Source of the DNA: Minisyncoccia bacterium
GTDB lineage: Bacteria > Patescibacteriota > Minisyncoccia > Phycocordibacterales > Phycocordibacteraceae
Assembly (NCBI GenBank): GCA_041485695.1
Contig: JBGPJZ010000002.1
Span: 65,499 to 129,498, forward strand
DNA: 64,000 nt
Direction: 5' to 3'
Shown one piece after another: positions 20,428 through 29,742 of the stretch. The stretch's first letter is position 1, and each line of letters starts with the position of its first letter. Both the position numbers and the translations under genes were made by a program. The notes below the pieces were generated by a model, which worked only from the letters and a program-made list of their open reading frames with translations, was not told the DNA's origin and did not search any database.

Positions 20428-21702
20428 CTAGTACTCCCGGAGCGATACCTGCGCGTCGATTTTCCTTGCCAAGTCGAGCGCGACCTGGACTGCGATGAGA
20501 AGAGCCGTGCCGCCAATCACCAGCGTTGTGACACCCGTCACGCCCTGCACGATAGAGGGCGCAACCGCAAGAAGGCCGAGAAAGACGGCGCCCGGCAAGG
20601 TGATGCGATTCACGACATTCGCGATATACGCCTGCGTCTCGGTGCCCGGCCGCACTCCTGGTACGAAGGCGCCCGACTTTTGGAGATTTTCAGCCACACG
20701 ATCGGGCTCGAAGGTAATCGAGGTGTAAAAGTATGTAAAGAGCACGACCAAAACGAAGTACGCTGCCCCATACTGCCACGGGTTTGAAAGAAAGGCCGTG
20801 TATAAAGCTGAAAACGCGACAGCTTGGGTGATGCCGAGTGCTCCAAGAGCTGACAGGGCGAATTGCGGCAAGAGGATGAATGAGAGTGCGAAGATGATTG
20901 GGATGACGCCGGCTTGGAGGAGGCGTATCGGGAGGTAGGTAGCCGCCCCTTGGCTCATAGCTGCGCCGCGCACCGCGCGCGCGTAGGCGATGGGTATCGT
21001 CCGCTCGGCATCCGACACGATGACGACAGCATAAATCATCGCGAGGCCGAGTAAAGCGAACCCGAGAAATGCCGGTATGTTCGCTATGGTTGCGGCAAAC
21101 AAGCTCTGTGAGATGCCTGAAGGAAGGCGCGCCACGATACCAGCGAAGATGACGAGCGACACGCCATTGCCAATGCCGAACTCCGTCACCAACTCACCAA
21201 GCCACATAAGGAGCAAGGATCCGGCAGTCACGAGAGCGATATTGGCGATAAGCGATACCGAAGAAAGCGGCACAAGGACGCCTTGGCTCCGAAGGAGAAA
21301 GAGGAAGGCGATGGCTTGGAGCGCGGCCAAGGGGACGGTGAGGAGGCGGCTCCAATTGATGAAGCGCGCGCGGCCAGCTTCACCCTCTTCGGTGTACGCC
21401 CGCTTCACGCCCGGGAAAATGATGGTCGCGACTTGCATCACGATAGACGCAGTGATATAGGGGCCCACCCCGAGCATGACGACCGAGAGGTGAGAGAGCC
21501 CGCCGCCCGAGAATATATTGAGGAGTCCGAAAAATTGGTTGTTTGCAAAGAAATTCTCAAGTGCGAGGCGGTTGACGCCCGGGATGGGGATATTGGCGAG
21601 GAGGCGGAAGAGCGCAAGCGCAGCTATCACAAAGAAAATGCGGCCGCGGATGGCCGAATCTGTAAATGCAAGCTTTGCTTTATGTATGAAAGCGTTAATC
21701 AT
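20428..21702 (-). CDS. secY: Preprotein translocase SecY
   Basis: LGVGPYITASIV, GIGNGVSL, GVIPIIFA and FVPGVRPG motifs. Confidence 0.98.
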   Translation of the reverse strand: MINAFIHKAKLAFTDSAIRGRIFFVIAALALFRLLANIPIPGVNRLALENFFANNQFFGLLNIFSGGGLSHLSVVMLGVGPYITASIVMQVATIIFPGVKRAYTEEGEAGRARFINWSRLLTVPLAALQAIAFLFLLRSQGVLVPLSSVSLIANIALVTAGSLLLMWLGELVTEFGIGNGVSLVIFAGIVARLPSGISQSLFAATIANIPAFLGFALLGLAMIYAVVIVSDAERTIPIAYARAVRGAAMSQGAATYLPIRLLQAGVIPIIFALSFILLPQFALSALGALGITQAVAFSALYTAFLSNPWQYGAAYFVLVVLFTYFYTSITFEPDRVAENLQKSGAFVPGVRPGTETQAYIANVVNRITLPGAVFLGLLAVAPSIVQGVTGVTTLVIGGTALLIAVQVALDLARKIDAQVSLREY

Positions 21703-22174
21703 GAATGGGGGGACTATCGATCGGATTTTTAATGGTTCCCCCTGCTTTTTCTACCGCAGCGCGGGCACCTGTCGAGAGAGCACAGTTTTGTATCGTAAAC
21801 GCCTTAGTAAGTTCACCCACGCCGAGGATCTTCACGTGAGGCGCGCGACCATTTGCTCGGCGGACAAGACCCTTAGCAAGAAGGGTGGAGGGAGTAATCG
21901 TCTCGCCCGCTTTAAATTTCGCCTCGAGTACGAAGAGGTTCACGGGCGCGTACTCCATGCGCTCTTCTCGCACCGTATGCGAACGGTTACGTCCATGGCC
22001 GCGGCGCTTCGGGAGCTTCTTGATGAGATCCCGCATTTCGGGACGGATCTTGTGGCCCGAGCGCGCAGTCTGACCCTTGCCGCCGTGACCGGAGGTCTTG
22101 CCGCGCTTGCCGCCGCGCCCTACAGGCGCGTTGCGGTGCTTCGGATGACTAGGCGTGAGTGTATTGAGTTGCAT
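21695..22174 (-). CDS. rplO: 50S ribosomal protein uL15
   Basis: GRGGKRGKTSGHGGKGQTARSG and LPKRRG. Confidence 0.97.
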   Translation of the reverse strand: MQLNTLTPSHPKHRNAPVGRGGKRGKTSGHGGKGQTARSGHKIRPEMRDLIKKLPKRRGHGRNRSHTVREERMEYAPVNLFVLEAKFKAGETITPSTLLAKGLVRRANGRAPHVKILGVGELTKAFTIQNCALSTGARAAVEKAGGTIKNPIDSPPIHD

Positions 22175-22179
22175 AGGGG

Positions 22180-22791
22180 CTAGCGTGCTTTGAGATTCTT
22201 CAAAGCCTCGACGGTCGCGCGCGCGATGGTGAGCTTGTTCTTGGTGCGCGAATGAATTTTCGAGACGATATCGGTGACGCCACCGAAATCGAGCACGGTA
22301 CGCACTGCTGAACCGGCAACTAAGCCGCGACCCGGAGAAGGGATGAGCTCGACCACCGAGGAGGCGTATTTGGCACGCACGTCGTGCGGTATGGAGTTGT
22401 ACTTCGTACGCACGATCGTAATGAGATGCTTCTTCGCGTCCCGCGTCGCCTTATCGACCGCGAGCGCGGTGTCTGCACCCTTGCCGAGGCCGACGCCGAC
22501 GCGACCCTTGCGGTCGCCAATGACGACCACGATGCTGAAATTGAAACGGCGACCGCCGGCCATGACGCGGGCAACGCGACGCGCGTCGATGGTTACCTGG
22601 TCGAACTCGCCTCGCTCGCGCGGCGCTCGCTCGCGACCGCGGCCGCCTCCCCCCCTACCCCCTGGGCGCCCGCCGCGACCCTGCCCGCGGCCGTGACCCG
22701 CCCCACGCGCGGGTGTTACAGGAGCTACCGGCGGCGCCTCGAGAGGCGCCGCTGCAGTCGTTTCGATGACGGTACCTTCGGCGGGTTCCAT
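22180..22791 (-). CDS. rpsE: 30S ribosomal protein uS5 with an RGG-rich N-tail
   Basis: RRVARVMAGGRRFNFS and GRGLVAG. Confidence 0.97.
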   Translation of the reverse strand: MEPAEGTVIETTAAAPLEAPPVAPVTPARGAGHGRGQGRGGRPGGRGGGGRGRERAPRERGEFDQVTIDARRVARVMAGGRRFNFSIVVVIGDRKGRVGVGLGKGADTALAVDKATRDAKKHLITIVRTKYNSIPHDVRAKYASSVVELIPSPGRGLVAGSAVRTVLDFGGVTDIVSKIHSRTKNKLTIARATVEALKNLKAR

Positions 22792-22793
22792 AC

Positions 22794-23144
22794 TTAAAAA
22801 GTGAGGCCTCCTTTACGCGCGGCCGTTGCAAGCGCTTTTACTTGCGCGACGTACTGGTACCCGCCACGGTCGAAGACGACCTTCGTAACCCCCGCCTCCT
22901 TGGCGCGCGCCGCGATCGCCTCCCCTACTTTCGCGGCTTGTACGGCCTGCGACGCCTTGAACTCGCGCCCGTGAGCCGAGGCAAGCGTGTGCCCAGTGTT
23001 ATCGTCGATTACCTGCGCCGAGACGAAACGATTCGACTTATAGATTACGAGGCGGGGACGCTCCTTTGTGCCCGCCACACGCGCGCGTACGCGCGCGTGT
23101 CGGCGCTGTCGCATTTCATTCTTGCCGGTAAAGCCTCGTTGCAT
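22794..23144 (-). CDS. rplR: 50S ribosomal protein uL18
   Basis: RPRLVIYKSN and VVFDRGGY. Confidence 0.97.
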   Translation of the reverse strand: MQRGFTGKNEMRQRRHARVRARVAGTKERPRLVIYKSNRFVSAQVIDDNTGHTLASAHGREFKASQAVQAAKVGEAIAARAKEAGVTKVVFDRGGYQYVAQVKALATAARKGGLTF

Positions 23145-23147
23145 ACG

Positions 23148-23678
23148 TTAGACGGCTTTCTTGCCCTGCTTGCGGCGAATCACTTCTCCCTCGTAGCGAA
23201 TCCCTTTGCCGAGATACGGCTCTGGCTTCTTCACGGCACGCACAATCGCCGCAAATTGCCCCACTGACTCCTTGTTCGGGCTCTCAAGGGTAATCACGTT
23301 CTTCTCTGCCGTCGCGCTTACATCGGCAGGGATAGGAAGTTTCACCGGGTGCGAGAAACCAACGACGAATTGGAGGTCCTTCCCTTTCATTTCGACCTTA
23401 TAACCAACGCCCTCGAGTATCAAAACTTTCTTGTACGGGGTCAGGACTCCCTTCACCATATTGCGGACATGCGAGGCATAAGTGCCCGTCAGTGTTTTAG
23501 CGAGGTGCGAATGGTTTTTAGCTGTAATCGAGACGCCTTCAGGAGCGATTGCGATTGCAATGCCTGGGTGAACGCGCTTGGTCAAGGTCCCCTTCGGACC
23601 TTTTACGGTCAGCGTGTCCCCGGCGAAGGAGACTTCAGCCTTACCCGGCGCTATCGGCTTTTTTGCAAGACGGCTCAT
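23148..23678 (-). CDS. rplF: 50S ribosomal protein uL6
   Basis: MSRLAKKPI and PEPYLGKGIRY. Confidence 0.97.
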   Translation of the reverse strand: MSRLAKKPIAPGKAEVSFAGDTLTVKGPKGTLTKRVHPGIAIAIAPEGVSITAKNHSHLAKTLTGTYASHVRNMVKGVLTPYKKVLILEGVGYKVEMKGKDLQFVVGFSHPVKLPIPADVSATAEKNVITLESPNKESVGQFAAIVRAVKKPEPYLGKGIRYEGEVIRRKQGKKAV

Positions 23679-23704
23679 AGTCACTTGTAGCGAATCATAT
23701 CGAA

Positions 23705-24097
23705 CTACCAGATCTTAAAGAGGTCCTCGCCGCCCACCCGCACCTTGCGCGCTTCGGCGTCTGAAAGGATGCCTTTCGGCGTCGAGACGATGCGCGCGCC
23801 AGCCCCCATCTTTACCTGATGTGTCTCGCGATGCGAGACGTAGAGTCGACGGCCAGGCTTTGAGATGCGCTCGACGCCGCGAATCTTCGGGCGACCCTCT
23901 TCATCAAGAGCGAGCGTTACGGTAATCGTCTTTTTTATGTCGTCATCGACCGAGACATCTGCGACATACCCGAGCTGTTTCAGCTTCTTCGCGATGGCCT
24001 CGAGGTGGTTCGAGTGCGGGAGAGTGACCACGGACTTCTCGGCTGCCGCGGCATTCTTGAGGCGAACTATGAAATCTCCGACGCGGTCAGTAATCAT
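23705..24097 (-). CDS. rpsH: 30S ribosomal protein uS8
   Basis: RISKPGRRLY and STPKGI. Confidence 0.97.
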   Translation of the reverse strand: MITDRVGDFIVRLKNAAAAEKSVVTLPHSNHLEAIAKKLKQLGYVADVSVDDDIKKTITVTLALDEEGRPKIRGVERISKPGRRLYVSHRETHQVKMGAGARIVSTPKGILSDAEARKVRVGGEDLFKIW

Positions 24098-24100
24098 GAT

Positions 24101-24370
24101 TTACCAGGAAGCCTTTTTTACGCCCGGAATCTTGCCCTCTCGAGCAAGCTCGCGAAATTGTATGCGCGAAAGGCCGAAGGCCCGCATGTAGCCGCGAGAG
24201 CGCCCGGTCACCGCACAGCGATTCTTGATACGCACCGCCGAGGAGTTGCGAGGCAGCGCCTGAAGCCCTTCCCAGTCCCCTGCAGCCTTAAGAGCCGCGC
24301 GCTTGGCGGCGTACTTCTTGACGAGTTTTTGCTTCTTCGCAAGCCTCGCGATCTGGGACTTTTTAGCCAT
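24101..24370 (-). CDS. rpsN: 30S ribosomal protein uS14, 89-aa Zn-independent type
   Basis: [30 protein letters not shown]; only one Cys. Confidence 0.97.
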   Translation of the reverse strand: MAKKSQIARLAKKQKLVKKYAAKRAALKAAGDWEGLQALPRNSSAVRIKNRCAVTGRSRGYMRAFGLSRIQFRELAREGKIPGVKKASW

Positions 24371-24412
24371 GAAAGTAAGAAAAATAGCCCCGAAGAGCGT
24401 GGGTAGAGATTA

Positions 24413-24961
24413 TCAGCGTTTTACCTTCTGGTCAACGAGCGGGAGGCCGAGGTGGCGGAAGAAGGCATCGGCCTCTTTTTTCGACTTTGAAGTGGTTACG
24501 ATGGTGACGGCAAGACCAAAGACGTCTTTGAGGTCTTCGTCGCTGGTCTCGGGGAAGATGGTGTGCTCGCGGATGCCGACCGTGAGGTTGCCCATATCGT
24601 CGACTGCAGAGGCCGGGATGCCGCGGAAGTCGCGCGTACGCGGGAGCGCGATATGAATCAGTTTGTCCAAAAAATCGTACATGCGGGGGCCCCTAAGCGT
24701 TACCTGGAGCCCGACCGTATCACCCTCGCGCACCTTGAAGGAGGCGATAGAGAGACGCGCCGTGCGCGGGGCGGGCTTTTGCCCGGTGATGCGCGCGAGG
24801 CGGTCGACGATAACGGCGAGCTGCTTGGGTTCGCGCTTCTTGCCTACCCCGCTCGAGACGATAACCTTGAGGACGCGAGGTGCCTGCATCGGCGAGGTGT
24901 ACTTGAAGATCTCGGCAAGAGCGAGATAGGCGGTTTGCTGGCGTTGTTTGGTAAGCATCAT
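24413..24961 (-). CDS. rplE: 50S ribosomal protein uL5
   Basis: ITGQKP, VTLRG and LPRTRDFRG. Confidence 0.97.
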   Translation of the reverse strand: MMLTKQRQQTAYLALAEIFKYTSPMQAPRVLKVIVSSGVGKKREPKQLAVIVDRLARITGQKPAPRTARLSIASFKVREGDTVGLQVTLRGPRMYDFLDKLIHIALPRTRDFRGIPASAVDDMGNLTVGIREHTIFPETSDEDLKDVFGLAVTIVTTSKSKKEADAFFRHLGLPLVDQKVKR

Positions 24962-24963
24962 AC

Positions 24964-25188
24964 TTATTTGCCGACTTTCATGACATTCGAGGCGTCGATG
25001 GGCGTCGGACGCTCGACGATATGGCCGGATTGGTTCCCTATCTTCTTGGTGTGGCGCTTCGCAATCGCGATGCCCTCAATAACGACCTTGTTCTCCTTAG
25101 GAAGGGCACGGAAAATGACCCCCGTCTTACCCTTGTCTTTGCCGGAGATGACTTTTACCTTGTCGCCCTTTTTTACGTGCATAGCCAT
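24964..25188 (-). CDS. rplX: 50S ribosomal protein uL24 (C-terminally short)
   Basis: [21 protein letters not shown] motif and IDASNV. Confidence 0.95.
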   Translation of the reverse strand: MAMHVKKGDKVKVISGKDKGKTGVIFRALPKENKVVIEGIAIAKRHTKKIGNQSGHIVERPTPIDASNVMKVGK

Positions 25189-25191
25189 ACG

Positions 25192-25569
25192 TTAGACGAC
25201 TTCAGGCGACAAGGCGACAATCGAGTGCCAGCCGCGCTCGCTCAACTCGCGCGGCACCGGGCCGAAGACGCGGTTGCCTTTTGGAGCCATCTCCTTGCCC
25301 TGCTTCTCGATGATGACAACGGCGTTTTCATCAAAGCGGATGTACGAGCCGTCTTTGCGGGCAAAAGGATTTTTCGTGCGTACGACGACCGCACGGTAGA
25401 CCTCCTTCTTTTTCACCGCTTTGCGCGGCTCGGCAACTTGTATAGAAATGATGACGACGTCGCCGATACCCGCATAGCGGCGCTTTGAGCCGCCAGGCAC
25501 TTTGAAAACCCGTGCGATCTTTGCGCCGGTATTATCTCCCACCATCACGAGCGATTTATCCTGCAACAT
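25192..25569 (-). CDS. rplN: 50S ribosomal protein uL14
   Basis: DNTGAK, FDENAVV and RVFGPVPREL; true ATG at 25567-25569. Confidence 0.97.
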   Translation of the reverse strand: MLQDKSLVMVGDNTGAKIARVFKVPGGSKRRYAGIGDVVIISIQVAEPRKAVKKKEVYRAVVVRTKNPFARKDGSYIRFDENAVVIIEKQGKEMAPKGNRVFGPVPRELSERGWHSIVALSPEVV

Positions 25570-25570
25570 A

Positions 25571-25858
25571 TTATTTCGTAGGACGCGAGTCCGAAGATGC
25601 CGAGCCAGCAGGCGAGGTATTCGCGAGAGCGAAACGTTTAAGCTTCGAGATGGGGCGACATGCGACGATTGTGACCTTATCCCCCACCTGCGCCGTATTA
25701 CCCGGGTCGTGAACAAGATACTTCTTCGAGCGAACGAGAAACTTCTGGTACTTCACATTCTTGACGTACCGGTCGACGCGCACGGTCGCCGTATCTTTCA
25801 TCGCCGTCTTGACGACGACGCCAGTGAAGGTCTGCGGACGTGAAGTGGTGGGAGTCAT
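25571..25858 (-). CDS. rpsQ: 30S ribosomal protein uS17 with a repeat-derived C-tail
   Basis: GVVV..MKDT, KKYLVHD, GDKVTI and RPISKLK. Confidence 0.96.
   Translation of the reverse strand: MTPTTSRPQTFTGVVVKTAMKDTATVRVDRYVKNVKYQKFLVRSKKYLVHDPGNTAQVGDKVTIVACRPISKLKRFALANTSPAGSASSDSRPTK
25574..25619 (+). repeat. 46-nt double-hairpin element, copy A (inside the rpsQ 3' end)
   Basis: TTTCGTAGGACGCGAGTCCGAAGATGCCGAGCCAGCAGGCGAGGTA; 35/46 identical to copy B. Confidence 0.8.
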
Positions 25859-25859
25859 A

Positions 25860-26096
25860 CTATTTTTTCGCAGGGTGAGAGCCCGAAGATACTGAGGCAG
25901 TAGCCGAAGTAGTGCGAACGCGCTGCTCGGTTAGTACGCGAGCGGTCGTCTTGCGCGCCTTCGTAAGCGAGTTCGTGTCCTTGGGGCGCGAGCCGGCCGC
26001 CGCAAAACGATGCTCATGCAACTCCTTGCGAGTGTCCGCAAGGGTCTTAGTGAGCTCGGTATCGCTCAAGGCCTTCATGTGAATTCGTTTTGCCAT
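25860..26096 (-). CDS. rpmC: 50S ribosomal protein uL29 with a repeat-derived C-tail
   Basis: LSDTEL..L..RF..RKTTARVLTE; between rplP and rpsQ. Confidence 0.9.
   Translation of the reverse strand: MAKRIHMKALSDTELTKTLADTRKELHEHRFAAAGSRPKDTNSLTKARKTTARVLTEQRVRTTSATASVSSGSHPAKK
25866..25911 (+). repeat. 46-nt double-hairpin element, copy B (inside the rpmC 3' end)
   Basis: TTTCGCAGGGTGAGAGCCCGAAGATACTGAGGCAGTAGCCGAAGTA; differences from copy A preserve pairing. Confidence 0.8.
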
Positions 26097-26098
26097 AC

Positions 26099-26524
26099 TT
26101 ATCGGTGGCGCGCAATGACCGCTGTCTTCATAGGGAGCTTCATCCCTGCTTGGCGGAGGTGCTCACGAGCTGAAGCTTCGGCAACGCCATCGAGCTCGAA
26201 GAGGACGCGGCCGGGACGCACTTCAAAGACAAAATGCTTCAAATCTCCCTTACCGCTACCCATACCCACTTCAGCTGGCTTCGCGGTAATCGGCCGGTCA
26301 GGGAAGACGCGAATCCACAGCTTGCCGCCCTTCGTCGTCGCGCGCGTGAGCACCTTGCGCGCCGCTTCGATTTGATTTGAGGTGAGGCGCGCCGGAGTCA
26401 TTGCCTTCAAGGCATAGGAACCGAAGGCTACCGTGATGCCGCGCGTATCGGGGCGGCGGAGTTTCGCCTCGCTTTTGCGCTGCGTCTGCCACTTACGGTG
26501 TTTTACTTTTTTAGGAAATAACAT
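26099..26524 (-). CDS. rplP: 50S ribosomal protein uL16
   Basis: QIEAAR, WIRVFPD and GMGSGKG. Confidence 0.98.
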   Translation of the reverse strand: MLFPKKVKHRKWQTQRKSEAKLRRPDTRGITVAFGSYALKAMTPARLTSNQIEAARKVLTRATTKGGKLWIRVFPDRPITAKPAEVGMGSGKGDLKHFVFEVRPGRVLFELDGVAEASAREHLRQAGMKLPMKTAVIARHR

Positions 26525-26531
26525 AAGCAAT

Positions 26532-27218
26532 TTACGCGCTCACGGTCGCCTTGCCTTTTTTATCAGCGAAAATATTCCCGCGATAGATCCACACCTTAAT
26601 GCCGATTACGCCGTACGGGAGGTACGCCTGCTCATGGGCAAAGTCAATATCAGCGCGAAAGGTCTGCAAGGGGATGCGCCCTTTACGAATCGATTCTTTG
26701 CGGCTCATCTCCGCTCCGCCAAGGCGGCCTGAAATGGTGATGCGAACGCCCTGGATGTCTTTGACCGCCATCACCTTCTCGACCGTCTGCTTGAGGACGC
26801 GGCGAAACGGCATGCGCTTCTCGAGACCTTCGGCGACCATGTAGCCCACGACTGCCGCGTCACTCTCAGGCTGGCGCACCTCGAGGATATCGATCTTTAC
26901 CGAGCGCTTGTCTTTCGGCGCTGCCTTGCGGACGACATCAGTCAATTCCTTGCGGAGCTTGGTGGCATTCTCCCCCGAACGGCCGATGACAAGCCCGGGG
27001 CGCGCGGTGTGGATGATGACGTGGAGCTCCGCCGTCGAGCGTTCGATCTCGATGTTCGCCGAGTAGGTGCCACGCAAACGCTTCTTGAGAAAGCCGCGCA
27101 CCGCCTCATCGACCTTGATGTTCTCGCGAAAGATATTCTTCGCGCTCGCGAACCAGCGGCTCTTCCAATCTCGGATGATGCCGAGGCGGTGCGCATAAGG
27201 ATGTACGATATGAGTCAT
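26532..27218 (-). CDS. rpsC: 30S ribosomal protein uS3
   Basis: HTARPGLVIG, GRLGGAEM and YGVIGIKVWI. Confidence 0.98.
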   Translation of the reverse strand: MTHIVHPYAHRLGIIRDWKSRWFASAKNIFRENIKVDEAVRGFLKKRLRGTYSANIEIERSTAELHVIIHTARPGLVIGRSGENATKLRKELTDVVRKAAPKDKRSVKIDILEVRQPESDAAVVGYMVAEGLEKRMPFRRVLKQTVEKVMAVKDIQGVRITISGRLGGAEMSRKESIRKGRIPLQTFRADIDFAHEQAYLPYGVIGIKVWIYRGNIFADKKGKATVSA

Positions 27219-27224
27219 AGAAAT

Positions 27225-27542
27225 TTACCCGAGAATGACAATCACGCGCGAGCGATGACGGCGAATCGGAGATGCACGGCCGAAGGCGCGCGGCATGAAG
27301 CGTTTGAACGTGCCTGCGCTCTCGACCGTGAAGCCTTTCACGGTGAGCTTCTCGACATCCTCCCCTTTTGCTTTTGCATTAGCAACCGCGCTCTTGATGA
27401 GCTTGGCGAGGGGTTCTGCCGCGCGCTTCGGCAAAAAGGCGAGCGCTGCAAGAGCGTCCTTAACCGACTTGCTTTTCACAAGCTCGGTCACCAAGCGCAC
27501 CTTGCGCGGGGTCTGATTGTAATTATCTAAAATAGCTTTCAT
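27225..27542 (-). CDS. rplV: 50S ribosomal protein uL22
   Basis: PRKVRLV, SAVANA and PRAFGRA. Confidence 0.96.
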   Translation of the reverse strand: MKAILDNYNQTPRKVRLVTELVKSKSVKDALAALAFLPKRAAEPLAKLIKSAVANAKAKGEDVEKLTVKGFTVESAGTFKRFMPRAFGRASPIRRHRSRVIVILG

Positions 27543-27548
27543 ACCGGA

Positions 27549-27908
27549 TTATTTTGCCGGGGCTTTCGTTTGCCCCTCGGTGGTTGCTGCCTTTGCAGAT
27601 TGCGCCGCAGCGATTTCAGACTCCGCCTGCTTCATCTCGAGCTCCTTCTGCATCTTGCCGCCGTGGCGTTGGAACTTCTTCGTCGGCGAAAACTCGCCCA
27701 AACGATGTCCCACCATCTCTTCAGTGACGAGAACGTCCACGAAAGCCTTGCCATTGTGGACGCCGAAGGTGAACCCGACCATTTCAGGAGCTATCTGCGA
27801 GCGGCGCGCCCACGTCTTAATAGCCTCGGTAGACGAGGGCTTCTTGCCAGCGACCTTCTTCATGAGCTTTACGTCAACGAAGGGCCCTTTCTTAAGTGAG
27901 CGCGACAT
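27549..27908 (-). CDS. rpsS: 30S ribosomal protein uS19
   Basis: [12 protein letters not shown] and [12 protein letters not shown]. Confidence 0.98.
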   Translation of the reverse strand: MSRSLKKGPFVDVKLMKKVAGKKPSSTEAIKTWARRSQIAPEMVGFTFGVHNGKAFVDVLVTEEMVGHRLGEFSPTKKFQRHGGKMQKELEMKQAESEIAAAQSAKAATTEGQTKAPAK

Positions 27909-27944
27909 GAAAGTAATTAAAAATCCGCTTCCGCGGTCCCCTCT

Positions 27945-27973
27945 AACCTACAGGAAGCGCTGCCTGCCGTCAA
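27945..27973 (-). promoter_or_regulatory. Internal promoter for rpsS and downstream genes
   Basis: TTGACG-17 bp-TAGGTT on the minus strand. Confidence 0.6.
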
Positions 27974-28123
27974 ATACCCTCCGATTTCAAATCGCCTCAT
28001 ATTTACTGGGCGATTTTAAAACCTTGACAGGTGGGCAAAATATTTCAATTCTCCTCACGGGCTTTTTCTTTATATAAAATCTGGTACTGTAGAGTGAGGA
28101 AATATTCATCAACGGGTGCGACG

Positions 28124-28552
28124 ATGGCTGTTCTTACCACTAGCGAGGCAGAGTTTGCCGCCGAAGAGCTCTTTGACTGGCTTATGCAGGAGGCATCCAG
28201 GCTTATCGAAGAGCATAAAAGGGCGGTGTGGAGAGATGACTTCCGCGCCAACTTCAGACCGATGGGAGCGAGCACGACATCATTAGCAAACGGTGTGGTC
28301 TCAGTCATCCACGTCCCTAAGTCACTCAAAGGTTTATTCCTCATCGAGCGCCGAGAGCGTTCCGGCACATGGTCGCCATTCGTTTCTTTCGACTTCTCGC
28401 AAGCCGATTGGGACCACCGGCCGCGTTGGCAAATCATCATTTGCTGGGAACATACGCCGGCGTTGCTGCGTCCCTCGTTTCGGGATGACCTGCGTGATCT
28501 TTGTTCGCGTATGTTCGGGTGCACGCAAATCATGTACCATGTCACCCGATAG
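28124..28552 (+). CDS. Orphan hypothetical protein inserted in opposite orientation in the S10 cluster
   Basis: 142-aa ORF between rpsS and rplB; AT-rich upstream region; ends at a bidirectional hairpin. Confidence 0.65.
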   Translation: MAVLTTSEAEFAAEELFDWLMQEASRLIEEHKRAVWRDDFRANFRPMGASTTSLANGVVSVIHVPKSLKGLFLIERRERSGTWSPFVSFDFSQADWDHRPRWQIIICWEHTPALLRPSFRDDLRDLCSRMFGCTQIMYHVTR

Positions 28553-28559
28553 GCAAACG

Positions 28560-28591
28560 AAAGTCCCGGCAGATTACTGCCGGGACTTTTT
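28560..28591. terminator. Bidirectional terminator (rplB / orphan)
   Basis: AAAGTCCCGGCAG-atta-CTGCCGGGACTTT. Confidence 0.75.
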
Positions 28592-28602
28592 GATTTCTAT
28601 TT

Positions 28603-29445
28603 TTATTTATTCTTGCCGGTACGGCGGCGAGTGACGATGAAGACGTTGGAGTATTTTTTGGGCGTGCGGGTCTTCTGGCCCTTCCCTGTGGGCTTGCCCC
28701 ACATACTCTTCGCGCGGCGCAGGCCGCGGCCTTGCTTGCCCTCGCCGCCGCCGTGCGGGTGATCAACGGGGTTCATCGCCGAGCCGCGCACGGTCGGGCG
28801 GATGCCCATCCAGCGTGAGCGACCGGCCTTGCCGATAACGACGAGATTATATTCCTCATTCCCTACTGCGCCGACCGATGCCCAACACAGGTCGGAGACC
28901 TTGCGCACCTCGGTCGAGGGGAGCTTAAGGAGCGCGAAGCCCGCGTCGTGCGCCACAACTTCAGCATAATTGCCGGCTGAACGCGCGATGACGCCACCGG
29001 CGCCCGGCTTGAGTTCAATATTGTATACAAACGTACCGACAGGGAGCGCGCCGAGCGGCAAGCGGTTACCGAGCTTAACGGGTGCATCGGGAGAGACGGT
29101 GAACGAATCTCCTACTTTCATCCCTTTAGGGGCCGTGATGTAGCGACGCTCACCGTCTGCGTAGAGAGCGAGGGCGATGAATGCAGAACGAAATGGGTCG
29201 TACTCGATTGTCTCGACCTTCGCCGGGACATTCTTCTTATCGAAAATGAAATCGATGTCGCGCAAGCGGCGTTTATGACCGCCGCCCTGGTGGCGCGTCG
29301 TGATGCGGCCGAACGCATTGCGGCCTCCGCGGCGCTTCTTGGCACGCATAAGAGCCTTTGTTGGCTTATCGCCTGAAAGGAGCTCCTTGTAAGGGAGCGT
29401 GGTCATGAAGCGGCGGCTCTTGGTGGTTGGGCGATAGGATTTCAT
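28603..29445 (-). CDS. rplB: 50S ribosomal protein uL2
   Basis: GGGHKR, IEYDP and MNPVDHPHGGGEG. Confidence 0.99.
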   Translation of the reverse strand: MKSYRPTTKSRRFMTTLPYKELLSGDKPTKALMRAKKRRGGRNAFGRITTRHQGGGHKRRLRDIDFIFDKKNVPAKVETIEYDPFRSAFIALALYADGERRYITAPKGMKVGDSFTVSPDAPVKLGNRLPLGALPVGTFVYNIELKPGAGGVIARSAGNYAEVVAHDAGFALLKLPSTEVRKVSDLCWASVGAVGNEEYNLVVIGKAGRSRWMGIRPTVRGSAMNPVDHPHGGGEGKQGRGLRRAKSMWGKPTGKGQKTRTPKKYSNVFIVTRRRTGKNK

Positions 29446-29454
29446 ACGAAAATA

Positions 29455-29739
29455 TTAGGCAAATTGGATAGTGTCGCCTTTCTTAAGGTAGACATAGGCC
29501 TTGCGGCGCTTCGCGCGAGTAGCGACACCCCGGCGAGAACGCTGCGAGACGCGCGCGCCAGGCAAATTCACGATGCGCACCGCCCTCGGCGTTATTTTAT
29601 AGATTTCTTTAACAGCTTTCGCAATTTCAAATTTGTTTATGCCCTTGGGTACCGCAAAGGTATAGACGCCCTTTTCGGTCAATATCAAGGCCTTTTCAGA
29701 GAACCATGGGGCGATCAGGATGTCGTGGGAGTTTTTCAT
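29455..29739 (-). CDS. rplW: 50S ribosomal protein uL23
   Basis: SEKA..YTF..NKFEI..KAYVYLKKG. Confidence 0.95.
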   Translation of the reverse strand: MKNSHDILIAPWFSEKALILTEKGVYTFAVPKGINKFEIAKAVKEIYKITPRAVRIVNLPGARVSQRSRRGVATRAKRRKAYVYLKKGDTIQFA

Positions 29740-29742
29740 AGA

